A stretch of DNA of 64,000 nt, taken from Dehalococcoidia bacterium (GTDB taxonomy: Bacteria > Chloroflexota > Dehalococcoidia > Plut-88900). The position numbers were made by a program, and so were the translations under genes. Within the stretch, counting starts at the first letter, position 1. Every line of letters begins with the position of its first letter. Shown here in pieces: positions 49,490 to 58,314 of the stretch. Where the stretch lies: the NCBI GenBank assembly GCA_965197585.1, contig OZ240215.1, forward strand, positions 1,120,001 through 1,184,000, in the 5' to 3' direction. Under the pieces are notes generated by a model. That model was not told where the DNA came from, did not search any database, and saw only the letters and a list, made by a program, of their open reading frames with translations.

Positions 49490-50626
49490 GTGCCGGACCA
49501 AACCCGACAACCCCTCGCCAATATCGAACGTCTGAAAGAGCACATGGCCGCCGAGGGCCTCGCCGCCGTGGTAGCACGGTCCGGCAAGAACTTCGCATAC
49601 CTCTCGGGTGTCGCCTTCCCCGGTACCCTCGCCCGGCACCTTGACCTCGCAGACTCCCCCCGAGACGTCTTTTGCATCTGGCCTCTGGACGGCGAGCCCG
49701 TCATCATTATCAGCGCCTTGGGCGTTCCCGTCGTCGAACGAGACTCCTGGGTGGCGAGGCTGGAGGTCGTTCAGGACTACGTCGAATCACCCCGCCAAAA
49801 GCTCGCCGCCGTGCTCACCGATATGGGCGTAGCCGACGCAAAAATCGGCATGGAGGCCTCCTACGTCAACGCCGCCCGGTGGGCCGAGATGCAATCTCTC
49901 CTTCCCAACGCCCAATTTGTCGACTGCACGTCCCTCATGAACTCAGTCCGCTGGATCAAGACCGACGCCGAGGTCGCTCTCCTCAAAGAAGCCGCGGACA
50001 TCCAGGACGACGCCCACCTCGAAGTCTTCCCAACCATCCATCCCGGCGACCGGGAGAGGGACGTTCACAGCCGATTCATGAAGAGCCATCTGGAGAGGGG
50101 CTGCCATTTCGTCCACGGCGTCCTCACCTCTCACCGCAACCCCTCCATGTACCTTGGAGAGAGCGACCTTGTCATTGAGGCAGGCGACATAATCCGCACC
50201 GACTACGTTTCCTACCTCCACGGCTACCCCGGCCACCAGTCCCGCATGGCCGTCGTCGGCCAACCCACCCCCGACCAGGCCCGCACGTACGCCGAATACC
50301 GGGACATCTACCTGAAACTCATCGAAAAATGCACCATTGGCACCAAGGTCAGTGAGCTTTACTTCTTCGGCAGGGAGATGCTGCTGGCCAAGGGTTTCCC
50401 CCACAACCCCGCATCCTTTGTCGGCCACAGTGTTGGTAGCTGGTGGCACCAGCAGGAGCCCTTCCTGGTAAAGGGTTGGGACGTTGAGATCGCCGAGAAC
50501 ATGGTCCTCGCCATCGAACCCTACGTCGACTACTGGCATCTCCAGGACATGGTCCACGTCACCAAAGACGGCCCCCAAGTCCTCTCCAACCGCTTCGACA
50601 CCTCTAGCCTTTTTGTCACACAATAG
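49490..50626 (+). CDS. M24 family (Xaa-Pro peptidase/creatinase-like) protein
   Basis: R.IKT..E, GDIIRTD, GHSVG, ENMVLAIEP, DMVHVT.DG. Confidence 0.85.
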   Translation: MPDQTRQPLANIERLKEHMAAEGLAAVVARSGKNFAYLSGVAFPGTLARHLDLADSPRDVFCIWPLDGEPVIIISALGVPVVERDSWVARLEVVQDYVESPRQKLAAVLTDMGVADAKIGMEASYVNAARWAEMQSLLPNAQFVDCTSLMNSVRWIKTDAEVALLKEAADIQDDAHLEVFPTIHPGDRERDVHSRFMKSHLERGCHFVHGVLTSHRNPSMYLGESDLVIEAGDIIRTDYVSYLHGYPGHQSRMAVVGQPTPDQARTYAEYRDIYLKLIEKCTIGTKVSELYFFGREMLLAKGFPHNPASFVGHSVGSWWHQQEPFLVKGWDVEIAENMVLAIEPYVDYWHLQDMVHVTKDGPQVLSNRFDTSSLFVTQ

Positions 50627-50689
50627 TTCTCCATTGGGGCGCCTGGTTATAGTATAATTGTGGCAGTTGCACCTATTTAGGAGCGCACA

Positions 50690-51244
50690 ATGGTTGAAAT
50701 CAAACTCAATAACCTGACTTACGAGGACTATCTCAAGACTCCCGACGATGAGCGGTGGGAACTCCTCAACGGAGAATTGTTGATGGCAGCTAGCCCCAAC
50801 ACCGCCCACCAGACCGTGACGGGCAACATATTTTTGCACCTGTCCATATTCGTGAGGGACAGTGGATTAGGCAGGGTCTTCGTCGCCCCGTACGACGTTA
50901 TTCTCTCTTCCCATAACGTACTCCAACCGGATGTCCTGTTTGTGCCTGAAGAGCAGCGTTCAATCATTACCGCCGACAATGTTAACGGCTCCCCAGCATT
51001 GGTTGTTGAGGTGATGTCACCTTCTTCCGGGACCCGAGACCGGGAAATCAAGCGGCGCATTTACGCTCAGCAAGGAGTTGGAGAGTACTGGCTGGTGGAT
51101 CCTGTCGCATACACCATCTCCGTCATGGTTCTGCAAGGTGAACAGTTTCGGGAAGTGGGCGTGTACGGCCCGGAGGATGTCCTTACCTCTCCGGCGCTGC
51201 CGGGGCTCGCCCTTGAGGGTCGGGATATTTTCGCGGATGTTTGA
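50690..51244 (+). CDS. Uma2 family endonuclease
   Basis: ELLNGEL, P..AHQ, QPDVLFV, PALVVEVMSPS..RD...K..Y...GV.EYWLVDP. Confidence 0.92.
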   Translation: MVEIKLNNLTYEDYLKTPDDERWELLNGELLMAASPNTAHQTVTGNIFLHLSIFVRDSGLGRVFVAPYDVILSSHNVLQPDVLFVPEEQRSIITADNVNGSPALVVEVMSPSSGTRDREIKRRIYAQQGVGEYWLVDPVAYTISVMVLQGEQFREVGVYGPEDVLTSPALPGLALEGRDIFADV

Positions 51245-51271
51245 CCGTCCTGCGGCGACCGGATAGTGAGG

Positions 51272-52552
51272 CTAAGAAAACTCCAACGCCTCCGCCGCCA
51301 CCAACTCCGCTATCTCATCCTCGTCCAACCCCGCGAGCTCCTTCAGCACCAACTCGCTGTGCTCCCCGACCAACGCCTGCGCCCACCGCAGCTTACCCGG
51401 TGTCTTCGATAGCGTAAACTGCAGCCCGTCGTAAGGCATGGGCCCGCATTCCGTGTGTTCCAGCATGTGGAAGAACCCGAGATGCGCCAGCTGCGGGTCG
51501 TTCCACAGCTCCGACTGGCTCTGCACAACCCCCGCCGGGACCCCCGCCGCTTGCAGCCTCTCCATCAACGCCCATGCCTCGAACCCCGAAGTCCACCCCT
51601 GGATTATCTCGTCCAGAGCCGAAGAGTTCTCCAACCGCTTCCCCATCGACTTATATCTGGGGTCGACCCTTAACCCCGGCATCCCCATCGACTCACACAG
51701 CACCCCCCACTCCTCCTCCGATGTGACCGCAATCGCGCACCAGTGCCCGCCTTTTCGTATAGGCGTCTCAGGCTCGTTTTCGGGCGCGGCACAGGGATAA
51801 ATCCCGTGGGGAGCATACGCTTCGTCACTGTTGCCATTTCTGCGCATCACACGGCCTGTTGTCTGGTAGTCGAGTGCCAGCGGAGACAGGTATTGGATTG
51901 CGCATTCGAACTGGGCGAGATCTATGTGTTGTCCCTTCCCCGTCCGATCCCTGTATAAGAGCGCCGCCAAAATCGCCGCCGCCCCATTAGGCGGATTGAT
52001 GAAATCACTGTAGGCGCCGTATGGAGGCAGCGGGCTATGGTCCGGCCATCCCGTCAGGTGATAGAAACCCGCATGTGCCGCCGCCTGCATCCCAAACCCC
52101 GCAAACGCCGACTTGGGCCCCGTCTGTCCCTGCTGGCAGGCGCTGAACAGGATGATGTCTTCCTTGATCTTCTTCAAGCTTTCATAGTCCAGGCCCCACC
52201 TTTTCTTGACGACCGGGGTGAAGCTCTCCGCCACCACGTCGGGCTGCCACTCCTTCACCAGCCTTCGAATCAGGTCCTGAGACTCGGGTTTCGACATGTT
52301 CAGCCCCAGCCCGTACTTACTCGTGTTGTATATTGCCGGAAACTGGCTGCTGTTTATGCTTGATATCCCGTCCTTGCACGGCGGCGCTCCCCGGAGGTCG
52401 TCCCGCCGGGTCACCGACTCCACCCTGACAACGGTGGCCCCATTGTCGGCCAGGTACTTGATCGTGATCGGCCCGACCGCCACCCACGTGAAGTCGAGCA
52501 CCTTCAAACCTTCAAGGGCCATCCCCTTGCCCGTGTCCAGTCCAGCGCTCAC
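51272..52552 (-). CDS. Class III CoA-transferase (CaiB/BaiF), catalytic Asp present
   Basis: LEGLKVLDF..VAVGP, GATVVRVES, N.SK, AYSDF, R.RTGKGQHID. Confidence 0.9.
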   Translation of the reverse strand: MSAGLDTGKGMALEGLKVLDFTWVAVGPITIKYLADNGATVVRVESVTRRDDLRGAPPCKDGISSINSSQFPAIYNTSKYGLGLNMSKPESQDLIRRLVKEWQPDVVAESFTPVVKKRWGLDYESLKKIKEDIILFSACQQGQTGPKSAFAGFGMQAAAHAGFYHLTGWPDHSPLPPYGAYSDFINPPNGAAAILAALLYRDRTGKGQHIDLAQFECAIQYLSPLALDYQTTGRVMRRNGNSDEAYAPHGIYPCAAPENEPETPIRKGGHWCAIAVTSEEEWGVLCESMGMPGLRVDPRYKSMGKRLENSSALDEIIQGWTSGFEAWALMERLQAAGVPAGVVQSQSELWNDPQLAHLGFFHMLEHTECGPMPYDGLQFTLSKTPGKLRWAQALVGEHSELVLKELAGLDEDEIAELVAAEALEFS

Positions 52553-52553
52553 C

Positions 52554-53825
52554 CTATATCACCCCCGACTCTTTCATCGACTCGAATTCCTCTTTACCCA
52601 ACCCCAACTCATCCACGAACACCTCACGGTTGTGCTCCCCCACCCCCGGCGCCCGGTGCCTGAACGAGATCGGGCACTCCGGCATCGAGATGTACCGCCC
52701 CGCATATTTGAGAGGTTGGTCGTGGCACGGCGTATCTGCCTTCAGCCAGTACCCCCGGGCCCGTAGCTGTACGTCCCCCAGTACGTCATCGACGGCATTG
52801 CATGGTGCCAATAACACCTTTTCCTGGATCGATCTGTCGAAGAGTTCTTCTCGGGTCTTTGTCATGAAGAACCGGCGGATATACTCCGTAACTGTGTTGA
52901 TTTCCTGCTGCTCCTTCTCCCCCGGCGCCGCCTCCTCATCCCATCCTCCCCACTTCTCCCAGTCCATTTCCTTCATTAGATCAGGGGCGAAGCCCTCTTC
53001 ATCCATCCACCGCACCAACCCTTCCATACGGAACCCGTGCATCCCGCCCGCCAACGTGTAGCTCACGTATCCGTCCTTGCACGGAAAGATGGCCAAAACG
53101 TCCAGGTCGCCATTCTTGTTGTGGGCCCCGTTCCGCTCGACGTTGTACCCCTCCAGTTGCGGAAACTGGCTCGCATTCATCATCGTCCAAAACACCGACA
53201 CCTGCGTAGAAACCTCAACTACCTGACCCTCCCCGCCACTATGAGCCTTCCATAAAGCACACATCGACCCAACCGCCGCCTGCGCCCCTGCGTGCAGTTC
53301 TGCCTGCGGAAACGAGATCCTAACAGGCGGCTTGTCGGGTTCGCCACTGATGTAGGCCATCCCACCCATCGCCCAGGACACTAAATCCGTCGCCTTGTAC
53401 TTCGCACGTGGCCCCGACTCTCCAAATGGCGTCATCGAAGCAACGACCAGTCTCGGGTTGACCTTGCTCAGTTCCTCGTAACCCAGCCCCACCGACTCCA
53501 TATAGTCCAGCCCCCACGACTGCATCAGAAAGTCCGTGCCCGCTGCCAGCCTCTTCAATAGGTCTGCCCCTTCGGGTTTGGTGATGTCGAGGGTAATGCC
53601 CCGTTTATTGAAGCAATACGTTTCCCAGTACCAGCTCCGGTCTGGCTGCTCTTGGCCCGGGTATAGGGGCCAGTGATAGCGCGTTGGGCTACCGCCCGGG
53701 GGCTCGACCTTTATCACGTCGGCCCCCAGATCGGCCAGCACCTTCCCGCACCAGTTGTAGCCGCCCTCGGTCAGGTCCAGCGCCCTGTATGGCCCGAGAG
53801 CCATTGAATCCCTGTCAAATCCCAT
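52554..53825 (-). CDS. Class III CoA-transferase (CaiB/BaiF) partner subunit
   Basis: LADLGADVIKVEPPGG, NKRGITLD, PFG.SGP, APGVGEHN. Confidence 0.88.
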   Translation of the reverse strand: MGFDRDSMALGPYRALDLTEGGYNWCGKVLADLGADVIKVEPPGGSPTRYHWPLYPGQEQPDRSWYWETYCFNKRGITLDITKPEGADLLKRLAAGTDFLMQSWGLDYMESVGLGYEELSKVNPRLVVASMTPFGESGPRAKYKATDLVSWAMGGMAYISGEPDKPPVRISFPQAELHAGAQAAVGSMCALWKAHSGGEGQVVEVSTQVSVFWTMMNASQFPQLEGYNVERNGAHNKNGDLDVLAIFPCKDGYVSYTLAGGMHGFRMEGLVRWMDEEGFAPDLMKEMDWEKWGGWDEEAAPGEKEQQEINTVTEYIRRFFMTKTREELFDRSIQEKVLLAPCNAVDDVLGDVQLRARGYWLKADTPCHDQPLKYAGRYISMPECPISFRHRAPGVGEHNREVFVDELGLGKEEFESMKESGVI

Positions 53826-54102
53826 TGGCTTTCCGCCACTCCAAAGTCCGATTTCGGCGGTTAGTATATACCCTATCCCACCCCTCCCCGTCCCGCGACA
53901 CGGGCCAAAGGTACGCCGTGGCCCGAATCCATCCCCTGGAGGGGCCGCTTACCCTGAGCAGAGTCGAAGGGTCGAGCGGGGGGTGGTCCCGCAATGCCTA
54001 CCCCTCATGGTTACTCGACGCCACTCCTCCCGACACCCGTCTAGCCAACCCCTCCCCATGTTATATACTCTCCCCAACACCCCCAACAGGAGACCCCCAA
54101 TA

Positions 54103-54834
54103 ATGCCTGAACAACCCGCCAAACTCCTTCCCCTCCCCGAAAACTGGAACCGCGCCCTAGCCATCGCCGCCCACCCGGACGACCTCGAATACGGCGCAGC
54201 CAGCGCCATTGCCCGTTGGACTTCTCAGGGCAAGGAGGTCGGTTACCTGATGGTCACCAAGGGCGAGGCGGGTATCGACTCCATGCACCCCGAAGAGACC
54301 GCTCGTCTCCGAATGCAAGAGGAGATCAACAGCGCCCGAGTCGTCGGAGTCGACTACGTCGAATTCCTGGGATTCACCGATGGCGTTGTCGAGTACGGCC
54401 TACCCCTCCGCCTCGCCATCACCCGAGAAATAAGAAAGTTCAAGCCCGACGTCATCATCAGCGGCAACTACGACCTGTTTTTTCCCGGCGGCCATTTCAA
54501 CTTTGCCGACCACCGAGCTGTTGGCGTCGCCGTCCTGGACGCCGCTCGGGACGCCGACAACCGTTGGATCTTCCCCGAACTCCTTGAAGAACGCCACGAG
54601 CCCTGGCATGGCATAAAGCACATCTTCATCGCCTCCCCGCCCGTCACCACCCACTACGTCGACGTGACGGATTCCATATACAAGGGCATTGCGTCCCTGC
54701 AGGAGCACAAGGTCTACATCGACAACCTCTCCCAGGACTTCAACCCAGACGACTTCCTAAGCTTCGGCGCCGCCGCCACCGGCATGCAAGCCGGCTGCGA
54801 CTACGCCGTCGGCTTCGGCTTCATGGACTTTTAA
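54103..54834 (+). CDS. PIG-L/LmbE family deacetylase
   Basis: AAHPDDLE, TKGEAG, R..E, DHR, H..Y; ATG after aggag. Confidence 0.9.
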   Translation: MPEQPAKLLPLPENWNRALAIAAHPDDLEYGAASAIARWTSQGKEVGYLMVTKGEAGIDSMHPEETARLRMQEEINSARVVGVDYVEFLGFTDGVVEYGLPLRLAITREIRKFKPDVIISGNYDLFFPGGHFNFADHRAVGVAVLDAARDADNRWIFPELLEERHEPWHGIKHIFIASPPVTTHYVDVTDSIYKGIASLQEHKVYIDNLSQDFNPDDFLSFGAAATGMQAGCDYAVGFGFMDF

Positions 54835-54984
54835 CCCACGCTTAACCTGTCATTCCAAGGCTCCGCGAGGGATCTAAGGCGCAAGCCCACGTATCCTGCC
54901 ACTACCTGAATGCTACCGATCCACAGTAGTTCCGCCCCTCTCGTATTCCATCCCCGCAAGCCAGACTCCACATCCCCAGGTACA

Positions 54985-55087
54985 GAATAGGGGAGTGCGC
55001 CGTCGCCAAGCGACGGCGCACTCCCCTATTCATATCCCCCTCTCCCTTAAGGGCCCTAAGGAAGAGGGGACCAGGGTGAGAGGGTTC
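54985..55087. repeat. Two-hairpin repeat, inverted counterpart of 1-108
   Basis: 22-bp perfect stem gaataggggagtgcgccgtcgc/gcgacggcgcactcccctattc plus ccccctctcccttaagggccctaaggaagagggg. Confidence 0.75.
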
Positions 55088-55099
55088 CCTCCCACTCTC

Positions 55100-56014
55100 C
55101 TACAACTTCGACAAATACTGATCGAAGATATCAACACCCACGAACCCGCTGTACGCCCGTTCCAGCCTCTGTGTCACGGGGCCCGGTATCCGACCGTCCG
55201 CGATCGGCGCACCATTCACACTCGATACCGGGCAAATACACAAACTGGTTGACGTAATGAACACCTCGTCCGCATTGTAGGCGTCGAACATATCCAGGTC
55301 TGTCTCCACGGTCTCGATATCCAGCTCCCGGGCCAGGTCCAGCACAGTCTGCCGGCTGATCCCTTCCAGCGTGAACCGGTCAATTGGCGTATGAATCGCA
55401 CCGTCCTTAACCAGGAAGATGTTGCTGCCCGCTCCCTCGGCCAGGTTTCCGCTGACATCCAGCAGCACTGCCCATGCCTCCGAGTCCTGCGCCTTGACCT
55501 CCAGATCAGCCAGCACCATGTTCACGTAGTTGTGCGTCTTCGCCCGAGGACTTATCGACGAAGGTGGCGTCCGACGCACCGACGGCGTGATCACCCGGAT
55601 CCCGTCCCGGTAAAGATTGGCTCTCTGTTTGAAGGGGATCGGGTCCGTATGGATTATCACCGTGGCCCCTCCGGCCTCCCTTGGGTTGTGCGACGCCGGA
55701 TCGACTCCCCGAGTCACCCGTTGGATCACCCAGTAGTCCGCCCCTTCTTCCAGGAGCGGCAGGTTCGCATTGACCACCTCGTGGGTCAGTTCCGCCATCC
55801 TGTCCTTGCTCATGCCCGGGTCGAGCCTCAGGTACTTGCAAGACCTGTACAGCCTGTCCAGGTGCTCGCGCACCTTGAATACCTGCCCGTTGAACGTCCG
55901 CGTGTTGTCGAACACCGCGTCGCCCATCTTGAATCCTCGGTCCTGAATCGAGACCTTAGCCTCGCTCTCGGGAACAATCTCCCCATTAATATAAACAACT
56001 CGTTCCTTCGTCAA
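55100..56014 (-). CDS. Aminotransferase class IV (BCAT/DAAT family)
   Basis: VYINGEIV, DRGF..GD.VFD, RAKTHNY, EGAGSNIF, LEGISR; TTG start after aggaaagg. Confidence 0.9.
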   Translation of the reverse strand: MTKERVVYINGEIVPESEAKVSIQDRGFKMGDAVFDNTRTFNGQVFKVREHLDRLYRSCKYLRLDPGMSKDRMAELTHEVVNANLPLLEEGADYWVIQRVTRGVDPASHNPREAGGATVIIHTDPIPFKQRANLYRDGIRVITPSVRRTPPSSISPRAKTHNYVNMVLADLEVKAQDSEAWAVLLDVSGNLAEGAGSNIFLVKDGAIHTPIDRFTLEGISRQTVLDLARELDIETVETDLDMFDAYNADEVFITSTSLCICPVSSVNGAPIADGRIPGPVTQRLERAYSGFVGVDIFDQYLSKL

Positions 56015-56224
56015 CTTCGATTCCTTTCCTGCCTTGTCATTTTCTCTCTCCGAGACTCCTGTACAAACTGGTGCCGGACGGGCCGGGGCTGCTCGTGCTG
56101 TCGTAGATCCGCCGAGGCGGGAGCCCGTCGAAGTATGAGCGGGGCGGGGTCCCATCCCCTCTCCCTTGACAGGAGTCGTAGATACGCCGAGGCGTGAGGG
56201 ATAGGGTGAGGGTGAACTTCTCCC

Positions 56225-57256
56225 CTAAACCATCACCTCCGCCGCCCGAAGCGCGGGCATTACCTCTTTCGCAAACATCTCCATCGACGCCATCGCCTTA
56301 TCAGTCTCCAGCGCCCCGATGTCAAACTGGCAAAGCAGCGTGGTCACGTTTGCCTCATCCCGGAATGCCTGTATCTTCCGCAGGCACTCTTCCGGCGTCC
56401 CCAGCATCAACGTCGTCTCTAGGAGTTCCTCAGCGGGTGGTTCGTCGGGTAGCCGGTCTGAATACGCCCGGCCGTCGATAATCCTTTCCCTCCCCGCCCG
56501 CAGCGACCCCGCGGTCCTGCGAACGTACATCCCATTCTCGAACTGCGCCGCAATCTCCTCAGGATCGTGGGAGACATATGTGTGCCTCAGGATTGTGAAC
56601 TCCCTCGGCCCCCAGCCGTGAGCGTCGAGACTCTCCCGGAATATCCGGTTATTGTTCTTCAGATTGTCCATCGCCCCCGAACAAATCGTGTGATAGCCCC
56701 GCTCCCCGCTCAATACCATGCTCGTCGGACTGCTCCCAGCGTGCCAGAAGGGTGGATGGGGCTGCTGCAGGGGCCGGGGAAACGTCCAGGTCTTCGGAAA
56801 CTGGTAGTGCTTCCCTTCGTGGGCCACGCCGTTCTCCGACAGACACCGAGTCACGATTTCCATGTACTCGTTGAACCGCTCGAAATTCTCCTCGATCGGC
56901 ACCCCGAACCTGTTGAACTCGTAGGGCTGATAACCTCTGCCGACACCCAGGTCGAGCCTTCCGTCCGTCAGCTGGTCCGCCATCCCGATCTCCTCGGCAA
57001 GCCTGAGCGGGTGGTAGAAGGGCACCACCATCACCCCAATGCCGATACGGGCTTTCTTGGTGCGTTCCGCCAGCTTCACGGCCATCAGAAGTGGGTTGGG
57101 GCAATAGCCATAGCTAGAAAAGTGGTGCTCTGCCAGCCACACCGAGTCGAATCCCAACTGGTCAGCAAAAGCGGCCATCTCTACAGTGCGGCCGTACACG
57201 TCTTCTGCCGGCTTCATCTCCGGAGACTGGTTCAAAAAGAAGGCCCCGAATTTCAT
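56225..57256 (-). CDS. LLM class flavin-dependent oxidoreductase
   Basis: WLAEHHF, YHPLRLAEE, DGRLDLGVGRG, PRPLQQPHPP, FAKEVMP. Confidence 0.93.
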   Translation of the reverse strand: MKFGAFFLNQSPEMKPAEDVYGRTVEMAAFADQLGFDSVWLAEHHFSSYGYCPNPLLMAVKLAERTKKARIGIGVMVVPFYHPLRLAEEIGMADQLTDGRLDLGVGRGYQPYEFNRFGVPIEENFERFNEYMEIVTRCLSENGVAHEGKHYQFPKTWTFPRPLQQPHPPFWHAGSSPTSMVLSGERGYHTICSGAMDNLKNNNRIFRESLDAHGWGPREFTILRHTYVSHDPEEIAAQFENGMYVRRTAGSLRAGRERIIDGRAYSDRLPDEPPAEELLETTLMLGTPEECLRKIQAFRDEANVTTLLCQFDIGALETDKAMASMEMFAKEVMPALRAAEVMV

Positions 57257-57350
57257 ACATAATCTCCTTGCGGCTTATCTGCGCTGGAACGCCAAACATT
57301 ATAGTCACCCCCCTCTCCCCCTGTCGATTAGACATCCCCATCCCCTTGAT

Positions 57351-57665
57351 GAGACCTTTGCATGAATCTTGTCTCTTGGGGTTGGGGTCGCTCGTGCTGA
57401 GGCTCTCGAAGTATGAGCGGGGGGATGTGCCGTCCGCTCTCCCTCGACGGAAGATGGCTAGGGCGGTAGGCTTGCTGAGGAGAGTGAGGGTGATCCCTCC
57501 CCCGCAGGGCCGACTCTCGTGGTCACCCACAACCTGCCCCAATCCCGCCCAGGCAGCACCCTCTAGTCGGAGACTATGTGGAACACCCGTCTCTGGAGGG
57601 TACGCCTCCTGAAGATCGAAGTGTCGAGCGGATTTGCCCCCATGCCTGAGTTATTCAAAGGCCTC
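57351..57665. mobile_element. Putative non-autonomous MITE (315 bp) containing REP-like units
   Basis: Imperfect terminal IR GAGACCTTTGCATGAATC / GAGTTATTCAAAGGCCTC, flanked by AT on both sides; removing it restores the palindrome cccttgatcaaggg. Confidence 0.55.
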
Positions 57666-57714
57666 ATCAAGGGAGGGGGACGGGAGCAGGGGGAGGGTTA
57701 TTCTCGAATAACCC

Positions 57715-58314
57715 CTAGGTTTCGATGACGCCTTTGGTGCTGGGGACTTGGGAGGCGGTGCGGGAGTCTATGCGGGAGGCGGCGTCCATCGATTTGGCGA
57801 GGGCCTTGAAGAGCGCCTCGATTTTATGGTGGTCGTTTGTGCCGGCTTCGATTTTAGCGTGGATGTTGAAGCGGCCCTCAATGGCGAATGACTCCAGGAA
57901 GTGCCGGGCCATGTCGGAGGTGAGGCCGCCTACTACGGGCTGGGTGAAGGACAGGTCGACCTGGGCGTAGCCTCGGCCGCCGAGGTCCAGGGCCACAAGG
58001 GCCAGGGCCTCGTCGAGGGGGACGAGGGCGTGGGACATCCGGACGATGCCCGTGCGGTCTCCGAGGGCCTGGCCAAAGGCCCTTCCGAGGAGGATGGCAA
58101 CGTCCTCGACTGTGTGGTGGCCGTCGGGGTCTGTGGATGACCGGGCACTGATGGTCAGGTCGAAAGCGCCGTGTCGGGCGAGCTGGGAAAGCATGTGGTC
58201 GAGCATCGGGACGCCGGTGTCGACGGTGTACTGACCCGTGCCGTCGATTTCGACCTCGATGGATATGTCGGTCTCACCGGTCTTTCGTTCGAGCAGGGCG
58301 TGTCTGTCAGCCAT
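57715..58314 (-). CDS. hisB: Imidazoleglycerol-phosphate dehydratase (monofunctional)
   Basis: RKTGETDI, DHML, HHTVED, VPLDEAL, NDHHKIEALFKA, PSTKG. Confidence 0.96.
   Translation of the reverse strand: MADRHALLERKTGETDISIEVEIDGTGQYTVDTGVPMLDHMLSQLARHGAFDLTISARSSTDPDGHHTVEDVAILLGRAFGQALGDRTGIVRMSHALVPLDEALALVALDLGGRGYAQVDLSFTQPVVGGLTSDMARHFLESFAIEGRFNIHAKIEAGTNDHHKIEALFKALAKSMDAASRIDSRTASQVPSTKGVIET

Noticed and set aside
26842-57493. CRISPR array
   Set aside because: The repeats are dispersed, degenerate palindromes without regular spacers, and no cas genes are present
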